Source of the DNA: an uncultured Solirubrobacterales bacterium
Lineage (GTDB): Bacteria > Actinomycetota > Thermoleophilia > Solirubrobacterales > Solirubrobacteraceae
DNA: 64,000 bases
Direction of reading: 5' to 3'
Assembly (NCBI GenBank): GCA_963794515.1
Contig: CAWCEF010000006.1
Span: forward strand, 198,014-262,013
Shown: piece after piece, positions 1 through 8,092 of the stretch
Numbering within the stretch: position 1 is the stretch's first letter
Layout of the letters: each line of letters starts with the position of its first letter
Made by a program: the position numbers and the translations under genes
Notes under the pieces: model-generated
The model's input: only the letters and a program-made list of their open reading frames with translations
Database searches by the model: none
What the model was told of the DNA's origin: nothing

Positions 1-507
1 CAGCTGGGCCTTCTCGTCCGTCGAAGTCGTCGCGATCACGCGACCGCCGCGCAACTTCGCGAGCTGGGTCAGGAGCAGCCCCACGCCCCCTGCCGCCGCG
101 TGGACGAGCACCCAGTCGCCCTCGGCAACCGGATAGGAGTCGGCTGCCAGGTAGTGAGCGGTCATGCCCTGGAGGATCGCCGCCGCCGCGACCTCGGCGG
201 AAACGTCGTCGGGGACGGGCACGAGCTTGTCGCGCGGCGCGGCGATTTGCTCGGCGTAGCTACCGTCGACGTGCGCCCAGGCGACGCGCTCGCCCGTGCC
301 GGCGATCATGCCGGCGCCCTCCACCCCGATGATCGCCGGCGGTGCCGAGCCGTACCCGCTGCCGTTGCGCTCGTACACGTCGCGGTAGTTGATGCCGACC
401 GCATCGACGTTGACGAGCACCTCGCCGTCGCCCGGGGTCGGGCTTGGGAGGTCGCGCGCCTCCAGGACCTCTGGGCCGCCGTTCTGCTCGAAGTAGATCG
501 CGCGCAT
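1..507 (-). CDS. Quinone oxidoreductase / zinc-type alcohol dehydrogenase superfamily (MDR) protein. Only the N-terminal 169 codons are present; the gene runs off the left edge.
   Basis: Minus-strand translation from the ATG at 507-505 reads MRAIYFEQNGGPEVLEARDLPSPTPGDGEVLVNVDAVGINYRDVYERNG...VLVHAAAGGVGLLLTQLAKLRGGRVIATTS. This gives a GroES-like fold plus an AxxGxxG Rossmann motif. It is absent from the ORF track because it is open at the edge. Confidence 0.8.
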   Translation of the reverse strand, partial: MRAIYFEQNGGPEVLEARDLPSPTPGDGEVLVNVDAVGINYRDVYERNGSGYGSAPPAIIGVEGAGMIAGTGERVAWAHVDGSYAEQIAAPRDKLVPVPDDVSAEVAAAAILQGMTAHYLAADSYPVAEGDWVLVHAAAGGVGLLLTQLAKLRGGRVIATTSTDEKAQL

Positions 508-522
508 GGCCGCGGCCGAACG

Positions 523-1230
523 CTACCGGAGTGCGGGAGCGTGGACGCTCCTCGGATCGGGCACGCCACCGAATGCACGGGTCAGCCCCGCCACCAGCAA
601 CAGCAGCGCGAGCGCGAGCACGACGCCGCCGGCGACGTACCACGGCCACGGGCCCATCAGGTTGAGCAGCGACTGGTGGACGGGCTTGTCCCGCAGGTAC
701 ATGTAGTTGCCGCCCGTGATCAGATCGCCGGCGCCGGCGACCAGTGCCCACACCAGCGTGATCCCGAACACCCGCCAGACCGCGCCCGGGCGCGGGTACA
801 GCCGGCACCCGAACACCAGGAAGCTCGCCGCCACGATCGCACCGACGTGGTAGATGAAGTACGTGAAGTAGTAGACGCTCGGGAAGGTCTGGCCGAGGTC
901 CGGGGTGAGCACGGCCTGGAGCGAGGCGGTGTAGGACCAGAAGTAGCAGAGCTCGACGAGCATCTGCCGGCGCGTCAGCAGCGCTGCGATCGACACCGCC
1001 GAGACGGCGTCGGTCAGCTGGAGCGGCAGCGTGTACTGGAGGCTCCAGGTTCCGAGGATCACGTCGGCGACGTACTCCCCGATCCAACCGGCGAAGATCA
1101 GCGCAGCGAGCGCAACCCCGAACCACCGCATCCACGGGCCCGGGTGCCGGCGGGCGCCCCACACGCTCCCGGCGACGCCGATGACCATCGTCAGCAACGC
1201 CGCGAGATGCGGATCGGAGAACTGTTTCAC
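523..1230 (-). CDS. Integral membrane protein, YwaF/TIGR02206-like
   Basis: 235-aa ORF with 6-7 hydrophobic helices. The competing plus-strand ORFs are Arg/Pro-rich shadow frames. The family assignment is by eye only. Confidence 0.7.
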   Translation of the reverse strand: MKQFSDPHLAALLTMVIGVAGSVWGARRHPGPWMRWFGVALAALIFAGWIGEYVADVILGTWSLQYTLPLQLTDAVSAVSIAALLTRRQMLVELCYFWSYTASLQAVLTPDLGQTFPSVYYFTYFIYHVGAIVAASFLVFGCRLYPRPGAVWRVFGITLVWALVAGAGDLITGGNYMYLRDKPVHQSLLNLMGPWPWYVAGGVVLALALLLLVAGLTRAFGGVPDPRSVHAPALR

Positions 1231-1276
1231 GCGCCGGCTGCGCTTACATCAGGGGGAGCACTCCCAGGGCTACAGA

Positions 1277-1705
1277 CTACGAGGCGCAGGCGCGACATAG
1301 GCCCCAGACCACCAACTGCGCGTGGTCGGGAACGAATCCGTCCGCGCTCGCCCGCGCGAGCACGTCGTCGGGAGCAGCCGTGGCCTCGAGGTCGGTCATC
1401 GCCCCGCACTCCCGGCACACCGTGTGCGCATGTGGCTCGATCCGCGAGTCGAACACGACCGCGCCGTTGCCGGTGCCCACGCGGCGGATCAGCGAAAGCC
1501 GCTCGAGCAACTCGAGCGTCGAGTACACGGTCGGGAGCGACGTGCCAGGAAGGACCTCGGACACCGACGCAAGCACCTGCTCGGCGGTCATGTGCTGCTC
1601 GTGACCGCACAGCGCGCGGTGGATCTGGAGGCGCTGCGGCGTGACCCGCATACCGCGGTTGCGGAGCTTGCCGACGAGGAGCTCGTCTATCTCTGAAACG
1701 ACCAT
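1277..1705 (-). CDS. Fur-family metalloregulator
   Basis: MVVSEIDELLVGKLRNRGMRVTPQRLQIHRALCG...HAHTVCRECGAMTDL...GLCRAC contains a winged helix plus CxxC...CxxC structural-zinc motifs. I prefer the ATG at 1705 over the TTG at 1714. Confidence 0.85.
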   Translation of the reverse strand: MVVSEIDELLVGKLRNRGMRVTPQRLQIHRALCGHEQHMTAEQVLASVSEVLPGTSLPTVYSTLELLERLSLIRRVGTGNGAVVFDSRIEPHAHTVCRECGAMTDLEATAAPDDVLARASADGFVPDHAQLVVWGLCRACAS

Positions 1706-1745
1706 TCCGCACAAATCATAGCTGGTATTAGGGCATCCTTATTCT

Positions 1746-1767
1746 AATTCACTTGCTATAGTGAAAT
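1746..1767. promoter_or_regulatory. AT-rich inverted repeat AATTCAC-N8-GTGAAAT overlapping a TATAGT -10-like hexamer. Putative operator in the fur/VIT1 divergent region.
   Basis: 6/7 arm complementarity, read directly. This is the only strongly AT-rich stretch between the two start codons (1705 and 1774). TATAGT lies at 1757-1762. Confidence 0.4.
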
Positions 1768-1773
1768 CGCCGA

Positions 1774-2262
1774 ATGAGCGCCACGACACTTCGTTACGAC
1801 GACCGGTCCTTCTTGCTGCGGGTGATCCAACCCGCGCTCGTCGGGATGATCGACGGGACCGTCTCGACGCTCGCGCCGATCTTCGCCGCGGCGATCTCGA
1901 GCCGCTCGCACACCGCTCTCTTGGTCGGGATCGCGACCGCACTCGGCGCCGGCGTGAGCATGGGTTTCTCCGAGGCGCTGTCGGACACCGGACACGAGAC
2001 CGGCCGCGGCTCGGCGGTCGTGCGAGGGGCGATCACCGGCGCCGCCACCACGGTCGGTGGCGTGTTCCATACGCTCCCGTTCCTCATCCACGACGTCCAC
2101 ACCGCGCTGGCCGTGGCCGGGATCGTCGTCGCGATCGAACTGTTCGCGATCGCGTGGGTGCGCTACCGCTTCCTGAAGGTGTCGCTCCGCAACTCGCTCG
2201 TGATGGTGACGCTCGGGGGAGCGATCGTGGTCACGATCGGCATCCTGATCGGTAGCGCATAG
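1774..2262 (+). CDS. VIT1/CCC1-family iron/manganese transporter (short form)
   Basis: 162 aa with the pattern GMIDGTVSTLAPIFAAA...GAGVSMGFSEALSD...GGVFHTLPFLI typical of VIT1 membrane proteins. It is divergent from the Fur-family gene. Confidence 0.8.
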   Translation: MSATTLRYDDRSFLLRVIQPALVGMIDGTVSTLAPIFAAAISSRSHTALLVGIATALGAGVSMGFSEALSDTGHETGRGSAVVRGAITGAATTVGGVFHTLPFLIHDVHTALAVAGIVVAIELFAIAWVRYRFLKVSLRNSLVMVTLGGAIVVTIGILIGSA

Positions 2263-2265
2263 CGC

Positions 2266-4551
2266 TTAGCGCTTCGCGTTCTCGATCGCCCGCCACACCG
2301 TCTCGCCGTTGACCGGCATGTCGATGTGACGCACCCCGTAAGGCGACAACGCGTCGATGACCGCGTTGTGGACCGCCGGCGTCGCGCCGATCGTGCCCGA
2401 CTCGCCGATCCCCTTGACGCCGAGCGGATTGACCGGCGTCGGAGTCTCCATGCCCACGACCTCGATCGACGGCAGCTCGCTCGCGGCGGGGATCCCGTAG
2501 GTGACGAGGTTCGCGTTCTGGGGGTTGCCGTCGGAGTCGTAGGTGAGCTCTTCATACAGCGCCTGGGCGATGCCCGCCGCCACGCCGCCGTGCACCTGTC
2601 CTTCGGCGACGAGCGGGTTGATGATCCGGCCGGCGTCGTCGACCGCGAGCATCCGCTGGAGCTCGACCGCGCCGGTCTCGGTGTCGACCTCGACCACCGC
2701 CACGTGCGCGCCGAACGGGAACGTCGGCTGCGCGGCCTGGAAGTCGACCTCGGCGCTGAGCTCGCCGAGCCGGCTCTGGGAGTCCAGGCGCGAGGCCAGC
2801 TCGCCCCAGCTGAGCGCCGGCTCCGGAGCGCCGGTCACGTGGAACCGGCCCTGGTCGACATCGAGCACCATGTCCTCGGGGGCGGCCTCGAGCTCGGCGG
2901 CCGCGAGGCGCTTGCCGATCTCAACGACCTCCTCGGACGCCTGGCCGGCGGCCACGCCACCGATCTGGGTCGACTTCGATCCGTACGTGCCGGTGCCGCG
3001 CGGGACGACGTCGGTGTCCCCCTTGCTCACGGTGATCTTCTCGACCGGAATCCCGAGCCGGTCGGACGCGATCTGCGCGAACGTCGTCTCGTGGCCCTGG
3101 CCCTGTGAGAACGAGCCCGTTCGTACGATCGCCTCGCCCGTCGGGGTGATCGAGACCCCGCCGAACTCGCTCTCGGAGATCCCGTTCGTGACCTCGACGT
3201 ACGCGCTCAGGCCGATCCCCAGCTGGAGGGTGCCGCCGTTCTCGCGCCGGCGAGCCTGCTCTCGCCGCAGGTTCTCGTAGCCGGCGCTTTCGAGCGCGAG
3301 CTCGAGCGCGCCACCGTAGTCCCCGATGTCGTAGTTGGCCCCCGACGCCGTCGTGAACGGGAACGCGTCGTTGGGGATGAAGTTCCGCCGCCGGATCTCG
3401 GCGGGGTCGAGCGATAGCTCGGCAGCGAGCAGGTCGATCGCGCGCTCGAGCATCTGCGTCGCCTCGGGGCGCCCTGCGCCGCGCACCGGCCCGATCGGGG
3501 TCGTGTTGGTGACGACGGCCTTGACGTCGATTTCTACCGTCGGGATGTCGTAGACGCCGCACGCCATCATCGCGGTCAGGTTCGGCAGGAACGCGCCGAT
3601 CCCGGGATACGCGCCGGCGTCGGCGACGATGTTCAGCCGCAGCGCGTCGATCTTGCCCTCGCGGCTAGCGCCGAGCTCGAACTCCATGTGCGACGCCCGG
3701 CCGTGGTGCATCGCGACCATGTTCTCGCTGCGGGTCTCGGTCCAGCGGATCGGCTTGCCGGTGGCGCGCGCGACCCAGCCGACGAGCACATCCTCGACGG
3801 CGATGCCCTTGGCGCCGAAGCCGCCGCCGACGTCCGGCGCGACCACGCGGACGTTTTCGGGCTCGAGACCGAGGAGCATGCCCAGGACCATCTTGTCCTG
3901 GTGCGGCGTCTGCGAGCTGATCCACAGTGTCAGCCGCCCGTCCTCGCCCCACTGCGCCGCGCTCGAGCGTGGCTCGATCGGGCACGCGGCCAGCCGCTGG
4001 CTGACGACCTTGCCCTTGACGACGACCTCGGAGGACGCGAACAGGTCCGGATCGCTGTTCTGGGGCGGAACGTGGATGCAGACGTTCGTGCCGACGCCCT
4101 CGTAGATCACAGTCTCGTCGAGAACCGCCTTCTCGGGGTCCGTCACCGACGGGAGCGGGTCGTAGTCGACGTCGACGAGCTCGGCGGCGTCGACGCTCGC
4201 CTCGCGGCTGTCGGCGAGCACGACCGCGACGATGTCGCCGACGAACCGAGCGGTGTCGCTGCACAGGAGCGGCCGGAACATCTGCGGGTCGACCGGGATG
4301 AACGGCGGCACGGGGTTGACGATGGGGCCGGTGTCGGCGGCGGTGAAGACCATGGCGCCGGCGGCCTGCGCGGCCGACGTTTCGACGCTGTTGATCTTCG
4401 CGTGCGCCATGTATGAACGCACGAACGTCAGGTGCAGCGCGCCCGGCATCGACATGTCGTCGACGTAGTGACCCTCGCCTCTCAGGAAGCGCGGATCCTC
4501 CCGGCGGCGAATGCGCTGACCGACGACGTTGGCCACGGCGCGAGCATACAC
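2266..4551 (-). CDS. Xanthine dehydrogenase-family molybdopterin-binding large subunit (CoxL-like, non-form-I)
   Basis: ...VGQRIRRREDPRFLRGEGHYVDD... N-terminus, with the loop PIGPVRGAGRPEA in place of the CO-DH AYxCSFR signature. The 977-aa track ORF is an upstream extension through the Crp gene region. The start is a GTG at 4551 (GGGGG 4 nt upstream) or 4536. Confidence 0.85.
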   Translation of the reverse strand: MYARAVANVVGQRIRRREDPRFLRGEGHYVDDMSMPGALHLTFVRSYMAHAKINSVETSAAQAAGAMVFTAADTGPIVNPVPPFIPVDPQMFRPLLCSDTARFVGDIVAVVLADSREASVDAAELVDVDYDPLPSVTDPEKAVLDETVIYEGVGTNVCIHVPPQNSDPDLFASSEVVVKGKVVSQRLAACPIEPRSSAAQWGEDGRLTLWISSQTPHQDKMVLGMLLGLEPENVRVVAPDVGGGFGAKGIAVEDVLVGWVARATGKPIRWTETRSENMVAMHHGRASHMEFELGASREGKIDALRLNIVADAGAYPGIGAFLPNLTAMMACGVYDIPTVEIDVKAVVTNTTPIGPVRGAGRPEATQMLERAIDLLAAELSLDPAEIRRRNFIPNDAFPFTTASGANYDIGDYGGALELALESAGYENLRREQARRRENGGTLQLGIGLSAYVEVTNGISESEFGGVSITPTGEAIVRTGSFSQGQGHETTFAQIASDRLGIPVEKITVSKGDTDVVPRGTGTYGSKSTQIGGVAAGQASEEVVEIGKRLAAAELEAAPEDMVLDVDQGRFHVTGAPEPALSWGELASRLDSQSRLGELSAEVDFQAAQPTFPFGAHVAVVEVDTETGAVELQRMLAVDDAGRIINPLVAEGQVHGGVAAGIAQALYEELTYDSDGNPQNANLVTYGIPAASELPSIEVVGMETPTPVNPLGVKGIGESGTIGATPAVHNAVIDALSPYGVRHIDMPVNGETVWRAIENAKR

Positions 4552-4571
4552 TCCGCCCCCGGGATCGAGAT

Positions 4572-5300
4572 CTACGCAGCGCCGGCGATCGTAAGCGACC
4601 CGAAGTCGTCGAACTCGACGGGCGGATCGCCCGGCAGCAGCCAGTCCGTCCCGGTCCACACCACGGCCGAGCGCGCCGCGAGCTCGCCGAGCGCCTTGGT
4701 GACCGTCGGCCGGCGGGCCGCGACCAGGTCCGACAGCATCGCGTGGGTCAGGTGCAGCCGCACGTGGACGCCGTCCTGATGGACGGTGCCCCAGCGGTCC
4801 GCGAGCTCCCAGAACAGCATGTGCAGCCGGAGGTCGATCCGGGGCTGCTGGACGATTGCCATGTTGGTCGCGATGTGGCGCGAGCGCCGGAGTGCGCGCG
4901 TGACCAGTGCGGAGACGACCTCGGGGTAGCGGGTGGCGCGCAGCGCGAACTCGCTGTCGAGGATCGCCATGCGGCTCGGACGCAGCACGCGCCATTTGCC
5001 GGTTCGGGGTACCGACGTCCCCATGTCCGCGCGGTGGTACGGGTTCATCAGGTCGCCGTCTCCGAGCAACTCCGCTCCGAAGCGCCCGGCAACACCGACC
5101 CGCCGGGCGACCAGCCCTTCCAGGATCAAGAGGCCGATCCCGAAGCTCATGTCGCCGACCTCTTCCGGCGGCGACCACGGGCCGGCGGGACACTCGCACG
5201 TCCCGGCCACGCAGTCGTGGACCGCGGCCTTGAGCCGATCGCCGGAGAGGCCGTCGGTCAGCTCCGGGTCGTCCGCGAGGATTCGACTGATGCTGCTCAT
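4572..5300 (-). CDS. Crp/Fnr-family transcriptional regulator
   Basis: 242 aa with a cNMP-binding-like beta-roll followed by a C-terminal HTH (THAMLSDLVAARRPTVTKALGELA). It ends 20 nt upstream of the CoxL-like start, which suggests co-transcription. Confidence 0.8.
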   Translation of the reverse strand: MSSISRILADDPELTDGLSGDRLKAAVHDCVAGTCECPAGPWSPPEEVGDMSFGIGLLILEGLVARRVGVAGRFGAELLGDGDLMNPYHRADMGTSVPRTGKWRVLRPSRMAILDSEFALRATRYPEVVSALVTRALRRSRHIATNMAIVQQPRIDLRLHMLFWELADRWGTVHQDGVHVRLHLTHAMLSDLVAARRPTVTKALGELAARSAVVWTGTDWLLPGDPPVEFDDFGSLTIAGAA

Positions 5301-5372
5301 CTGTTAGCGCCGTCCCGTTTCGTACTTCAGCCGACGCCCGACTGGGCGACGTGCGGCCGTCATGAGCTCAGA

Positions 5373-5912
5373 TCACGCAGCCGTGTCGAGTTCGTGCGTG
5401 CGGGCCGCGGCGAGCACACGGGCGGAGACTCGCTCGTCGCGCGCCGGGATCTCGAGGAGCGCGTCGATCAGCGCCAGCGCCGAAGCGTGGCTCTGATCGG
5501 TGTGCTTGCGGATCGAATGGACCGCGTAGGTTCCGATTGCGTCGATCGGCGGTCGGCGAAGGCGGCCGATCGCCCGCAGCGGCGGACCGACGAGGAACCA
5601 TGTCCGCTTGCGCCGTTGCATGTCCTCGGCCCATTCCGCCATCCGGGCGGCGCGGGTCTGCTGGGTCTTCGAGCACCCGCGGCTCCCGACGACCTTCGAC
5701 GCGTACTCGTACAACGCCTGGCGGCGCTTGGAGTCGATCGAGTCGTTGTATGAGCGCAGGAACGATCCGATCACCGGGCACACGGACTCCGGATGGTCAG
5801 TGAACGGCTCGCCCGCGAGCATCGAGGCGAGCTCCATCACACAAGCTCCCTCCTCTGGACCGGTGTGCTTGCCCTTGCTGAGCTTGATCGTCTGGTAGCT
5901 GACCGGGGACAT
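5373..5912 (-). CDS. Hypothetical protein, paralogue 1 of a CVMELASMLAGE-motif family
   Basis: ATG at 5912 is preceded by GAAGGAAGG. The sequence MSPVSYQTIKLSKGKHTGPEEGACVMELASMLAGEPFTDHPESVCPVIGSFLRSYND... is homologous to the ORF starting at 22165. The 450-aa track ORF is an upstream extension. Confidence 0.7.
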   Translation of the reverse strand: MSPVSYQTIKLSKGKHTGPEEGACVMELASMLAGEPFTDHPESVCPVIGSFLRSYNDSIDSKRRQALYEYASKVVGSRGCSKTQQTRAARMAEWAEDMQRRKRTWFLVGPPLRAIGRLRRPPIDAIGTYAVHSIRKHTDQSHASALALIDALLEIPARDERVSARVLAAARTHELDTAA

Positions 5913-6040
5913 CTTCCTTCCTTCTGTGCGCACTACACCTGGTGTGCGTTGCATTACCCCGCACGGCGCGGATTCACGCATGGGAACCGTCACACAACTG
6001 CGTGAGGGGAGCGCCGGCTGGGTGTAGGGCGCCGGCGAGG

Positions 6041-7099
6041 TCAGGCGCCGGCGGGCTTCGCAAATCCCGCGTTCAGCAGCTGCATAGCCTGTGCGTAGGT
6101 ATTGCCCGAGTGGAGCAGCACCACGCCGAGCCACCGATTCCCGCGGCGCGCGGTCGCCACCAGGCACACGCCGGCGGCATCGGTGAACCCGGTCTTGACG
6201 CCGTCGGTCCCCGGATACCGGAGCACGAGCAGGGGGTTGTTGTTGTACAGGTACAGCTTCCCGCCCTTGATCGGGAACGGCACGATCGCGCTCCGCGACC
6301 CGACGATCTGCGCGAGCAGGGGCTGCTCGAGCACGGTGTCCGCGATCAGCGCAAGGTCCGCCGCGCACGAGTGATTCCCCTGGTCGACGATCCCGGAGAC
6401 CGTCGTGTAGTGGGTGCAGCCGAGCGCCATCGCGTGCGCCCGCGCGTTCATCAGCCTGATGAAGTTCGATTGCGTGCCGGCGACGTGGTCGGCGAGCGCG
6501 ATCGCCGCATCGTTCCCCGACGGCAGCAGCAGCCCGTAGAGCAGTGCGGTCAGCGGGACGCGCTTGCCCTTGGGCAGCAGGCCGACGCCCGAGCCGGTGT
6601 AGTCGAGCGCGTCCTGCGTGATCATGACCTTCGCGCTCGGCCGCGAGTGCGCCACCACGACGAGCGCGGTCATCATCTTCGTGAGGCTCGCGATCGGCAC
6701 GACCTGTGTCGGGTTCCGCTCCCACAGGACTCGGCCCGTGTTCACGTCGAACAGCACCCCGGACTTCAGCGGGAGTTGGAGGTGGATGGAGACGCGCTGC
6801 GCCGGCGGCGCGAGCGCGATCCCGTAGTCGCTGCGGACCGGCGCGGCCGGGTGGGCCGGCTTCCTGGCCGTCGTGACGTGCACGCCCTGGAGAGCGATCG
6901 TCGCCGGCCCGGACGCGCGCGCCGCCATCAGCCCGAGGAGCGCGCCGGCGACGAGCACGGCGCCGACCGCGAGCGCGACCAGGTGGCGCGCGTGGCCGCG
7001 CTTTCGGCTGGGCCGCCGGCGACCCAGCCCGCGGCCCGGCCGGCGGCCGTATCGGCGGCCGTATCGGCGGCGGCTTCGCCCTCCTTGCAGGACGCTCAT
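6041..7099 (-). CDS. D-alanyl-D-alanine carboxypeptidase (serine peptidase S11, PBP5-like)
   Basis: SxxK (SLTK), SGN and KTG motifs occur in the right order after a basic N-terminus and a TM segment. Confidence 0.85.
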   Translation of the reverse strand: MSVLQGGRSRRRYGRRYGRRPGRGLGRRRPSRKRGHARHLVALAVGAVLVAGALLGLMAARASGPATIALQGVHVTTARKPAHPAAPVRSDYGIALAPPAQRVSIHLQLPLKSGVLFDVNTGRVLWERNPTQVVPIASLTKMMTALVVVAHSRPSAKVMITQDALDYTGSGVGLLPKGKRVPLTALLYGLLLPSGNDAAIALADHVAGTQSNFIRLMNARAHAMALGCTHYTTVSGIVDQGNHSCAADLALIADTVLEQPLLAQIVGSRSAIVPFPIKGGKLYLYNNNPLLVLRYPGTDGVKTGFTDAAGVCLVATARRGNRWLGVVLLHSGNTYAQAMQLLNAGFAKPAGA

Positions 7100-7269
7100 C
7101 GTCGTGGAGAATGAAGCAAAGCCCCGATGACTCCGATCGTGAACACCACCACGATCAGCACCGCGAGGAAGCCGACGGGCGTGAGGCCGTGCATGTGGAT
7201 GTCCCTGACCGTGAGCGCGGCGAGCGCCGCGTCGAACAGCAGGGCGATCGTGAGGACGAGCAGGCGCAA
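7096..7269 (-). CDS. Possible small two-TM membrane protein (57 aa)
   Basis: From the TTG at 7269: MRLLVLTIALLFDAALAALTVRDIHMHGLTPVGFLAVLIVVVFTIGVIGALLHSPRR. Its TGA overlaps the carboxypeptidase ATG as ATGA. The start is uncertain and I recognise no homology. Confidence 0.35.
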   Translation of the reverse strand: MRLLVLTIALLFDAALAALTVRDIHMHGLTPVGFLAVLIVVVFTIGVIGALLHSPRR

Positions 7270-7274
7270 GCGAG

Positions 7275-8039
7275 TCAGTAAGCCGGGGTACGCGTAGGAA
7301 TCTGGCGGCGCCGGGTCGCCAGCACCTTGATCGTGAGCGCGCCGAACACGAACCCGCCGATGTGGGCGAAGTACGCGACGCCGCCGCCGGTCCCGGTCGC
7401 CGTCGTGAGGCCGGCCGCGGCGAACACCGCCTGCTCGGCGAACCAGATGCCGAGCATCACGAGCGCCGGCAACTCGATCACGGTGAAGAAGAAGATGATC
7501 AGCACGAGCGTGATCACGCGCGCTCGCGGATACAGCACGATGTAGCCGCCGAGCACCGCCGCGATCGCCCCTGAGGCCCCGAGCGTCGGCGTCGTCGAGT
7601 TCGGGGAGATCGCGACCTGGAGCGCGAGCGCCGCGATCCCGCCGACGATGTAGAAGAAGAAGTACTTGACCGAGCCCATCGAGTCCTCGACGTTGTTGCC
7701 GAAGATCCACAGGAAGATCATGTTGCCCCCGATGTGGATGATCGAGGCGTGCATGAACATCGCGGTGAACACGGTCTGCCAGGTGGGGATCGCGCCCGGC
7801 AGCGTGCCCTTGACGCACGCGAGCACCTGACCGTTCTCGACCAGGCCGCACTGGTCGCCGGGGTGGGTGAGCGCGAACGGGATCGCGCCGTACTTGACCT
7901 CTTGCGCCGGGGTCGGGCCGCTGATCACCGAGCCTCCGTGGCGGATCGCGAGCAGGTACACGATCACGTTGACGACGATCAGCGCAAACGTGACGAACGG
8001 GAACCGATCCGTCGGGATGTTGTCCTTCAGCGGGATCAC
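7275..8039 (-). CDS. Rhomboid-family intramembrane serine protease
   Basis: Six TM segments, the catalytic GASGAI motif and the downstream FAHIGGFVFG histidine motif. Confidence 0.9.
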   Translation of the reverse strand: MIPLKDNIPTDRFPFVTFALIVVNVIVYLLAIRHGGSVISGPTPAQEVKYGAIPFALTHPGDQCGLVENGQVLACVKGTLPGAIPTWQTVFTAMFMHASIIHIGGNMIFLWIFGNNVEDSMGSVKYFFFYIVGGIAALALQVAISPNSTTPTLGASGAIAAVLGGYIVLYPRARVITLVLIIFFFTVIELPALVMLGIWFAEQAVFAAAGLTTATGTGGGVAYFAHIGGFVFGALTIKVLATRRRQIPTRTPAY

Positions 8040-8092
8040 GGGCTGCTGAGCCTACGCCCGTCCGGCGTCGTGTCGAGCCGGCCGATTCGGTT

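Noticed and set aside
100-1644. 514-aa plus-strand ORF spanning the left end
   Set aside because: Arg/Pro/Gly/Asp-rich shadow frame antisense to three well-supported minus-strand genes (MDR oxidoreductase, membrane protein, Fur). It has no motifs.
2266-5199. 977-aa version of the CoxL-like ORF
   Set aside because: The N-terminal ~215 residues are Arg/Pro-rich. They overlap the convincingly coding Crp/Fnr gene in another frame. The family N-terminus (VGQRIRRREDPRFL) starts at about 4530-4550.
5926-5950. ACACC-T-GGTGT palindrome with flanking GCGCAC/GTGCG in the spacer upstream of the 5912 start
   Set aside because: Only 5-bp perfect arms, and the extension needs a bulge. It does not match the Crp/Fnr TGTGA-N6-TCACA consensus, so I did not list it as a site.
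7041-7064. Perfect 2 x 12-nt tandem duplication (cggcggccgtat)
   Set aside because: It lies inside the basic N-terminus of the carboxypeptidase (RRYGRRYGRR) and keeps the frame. It is probably a trivial in-frame duplication.
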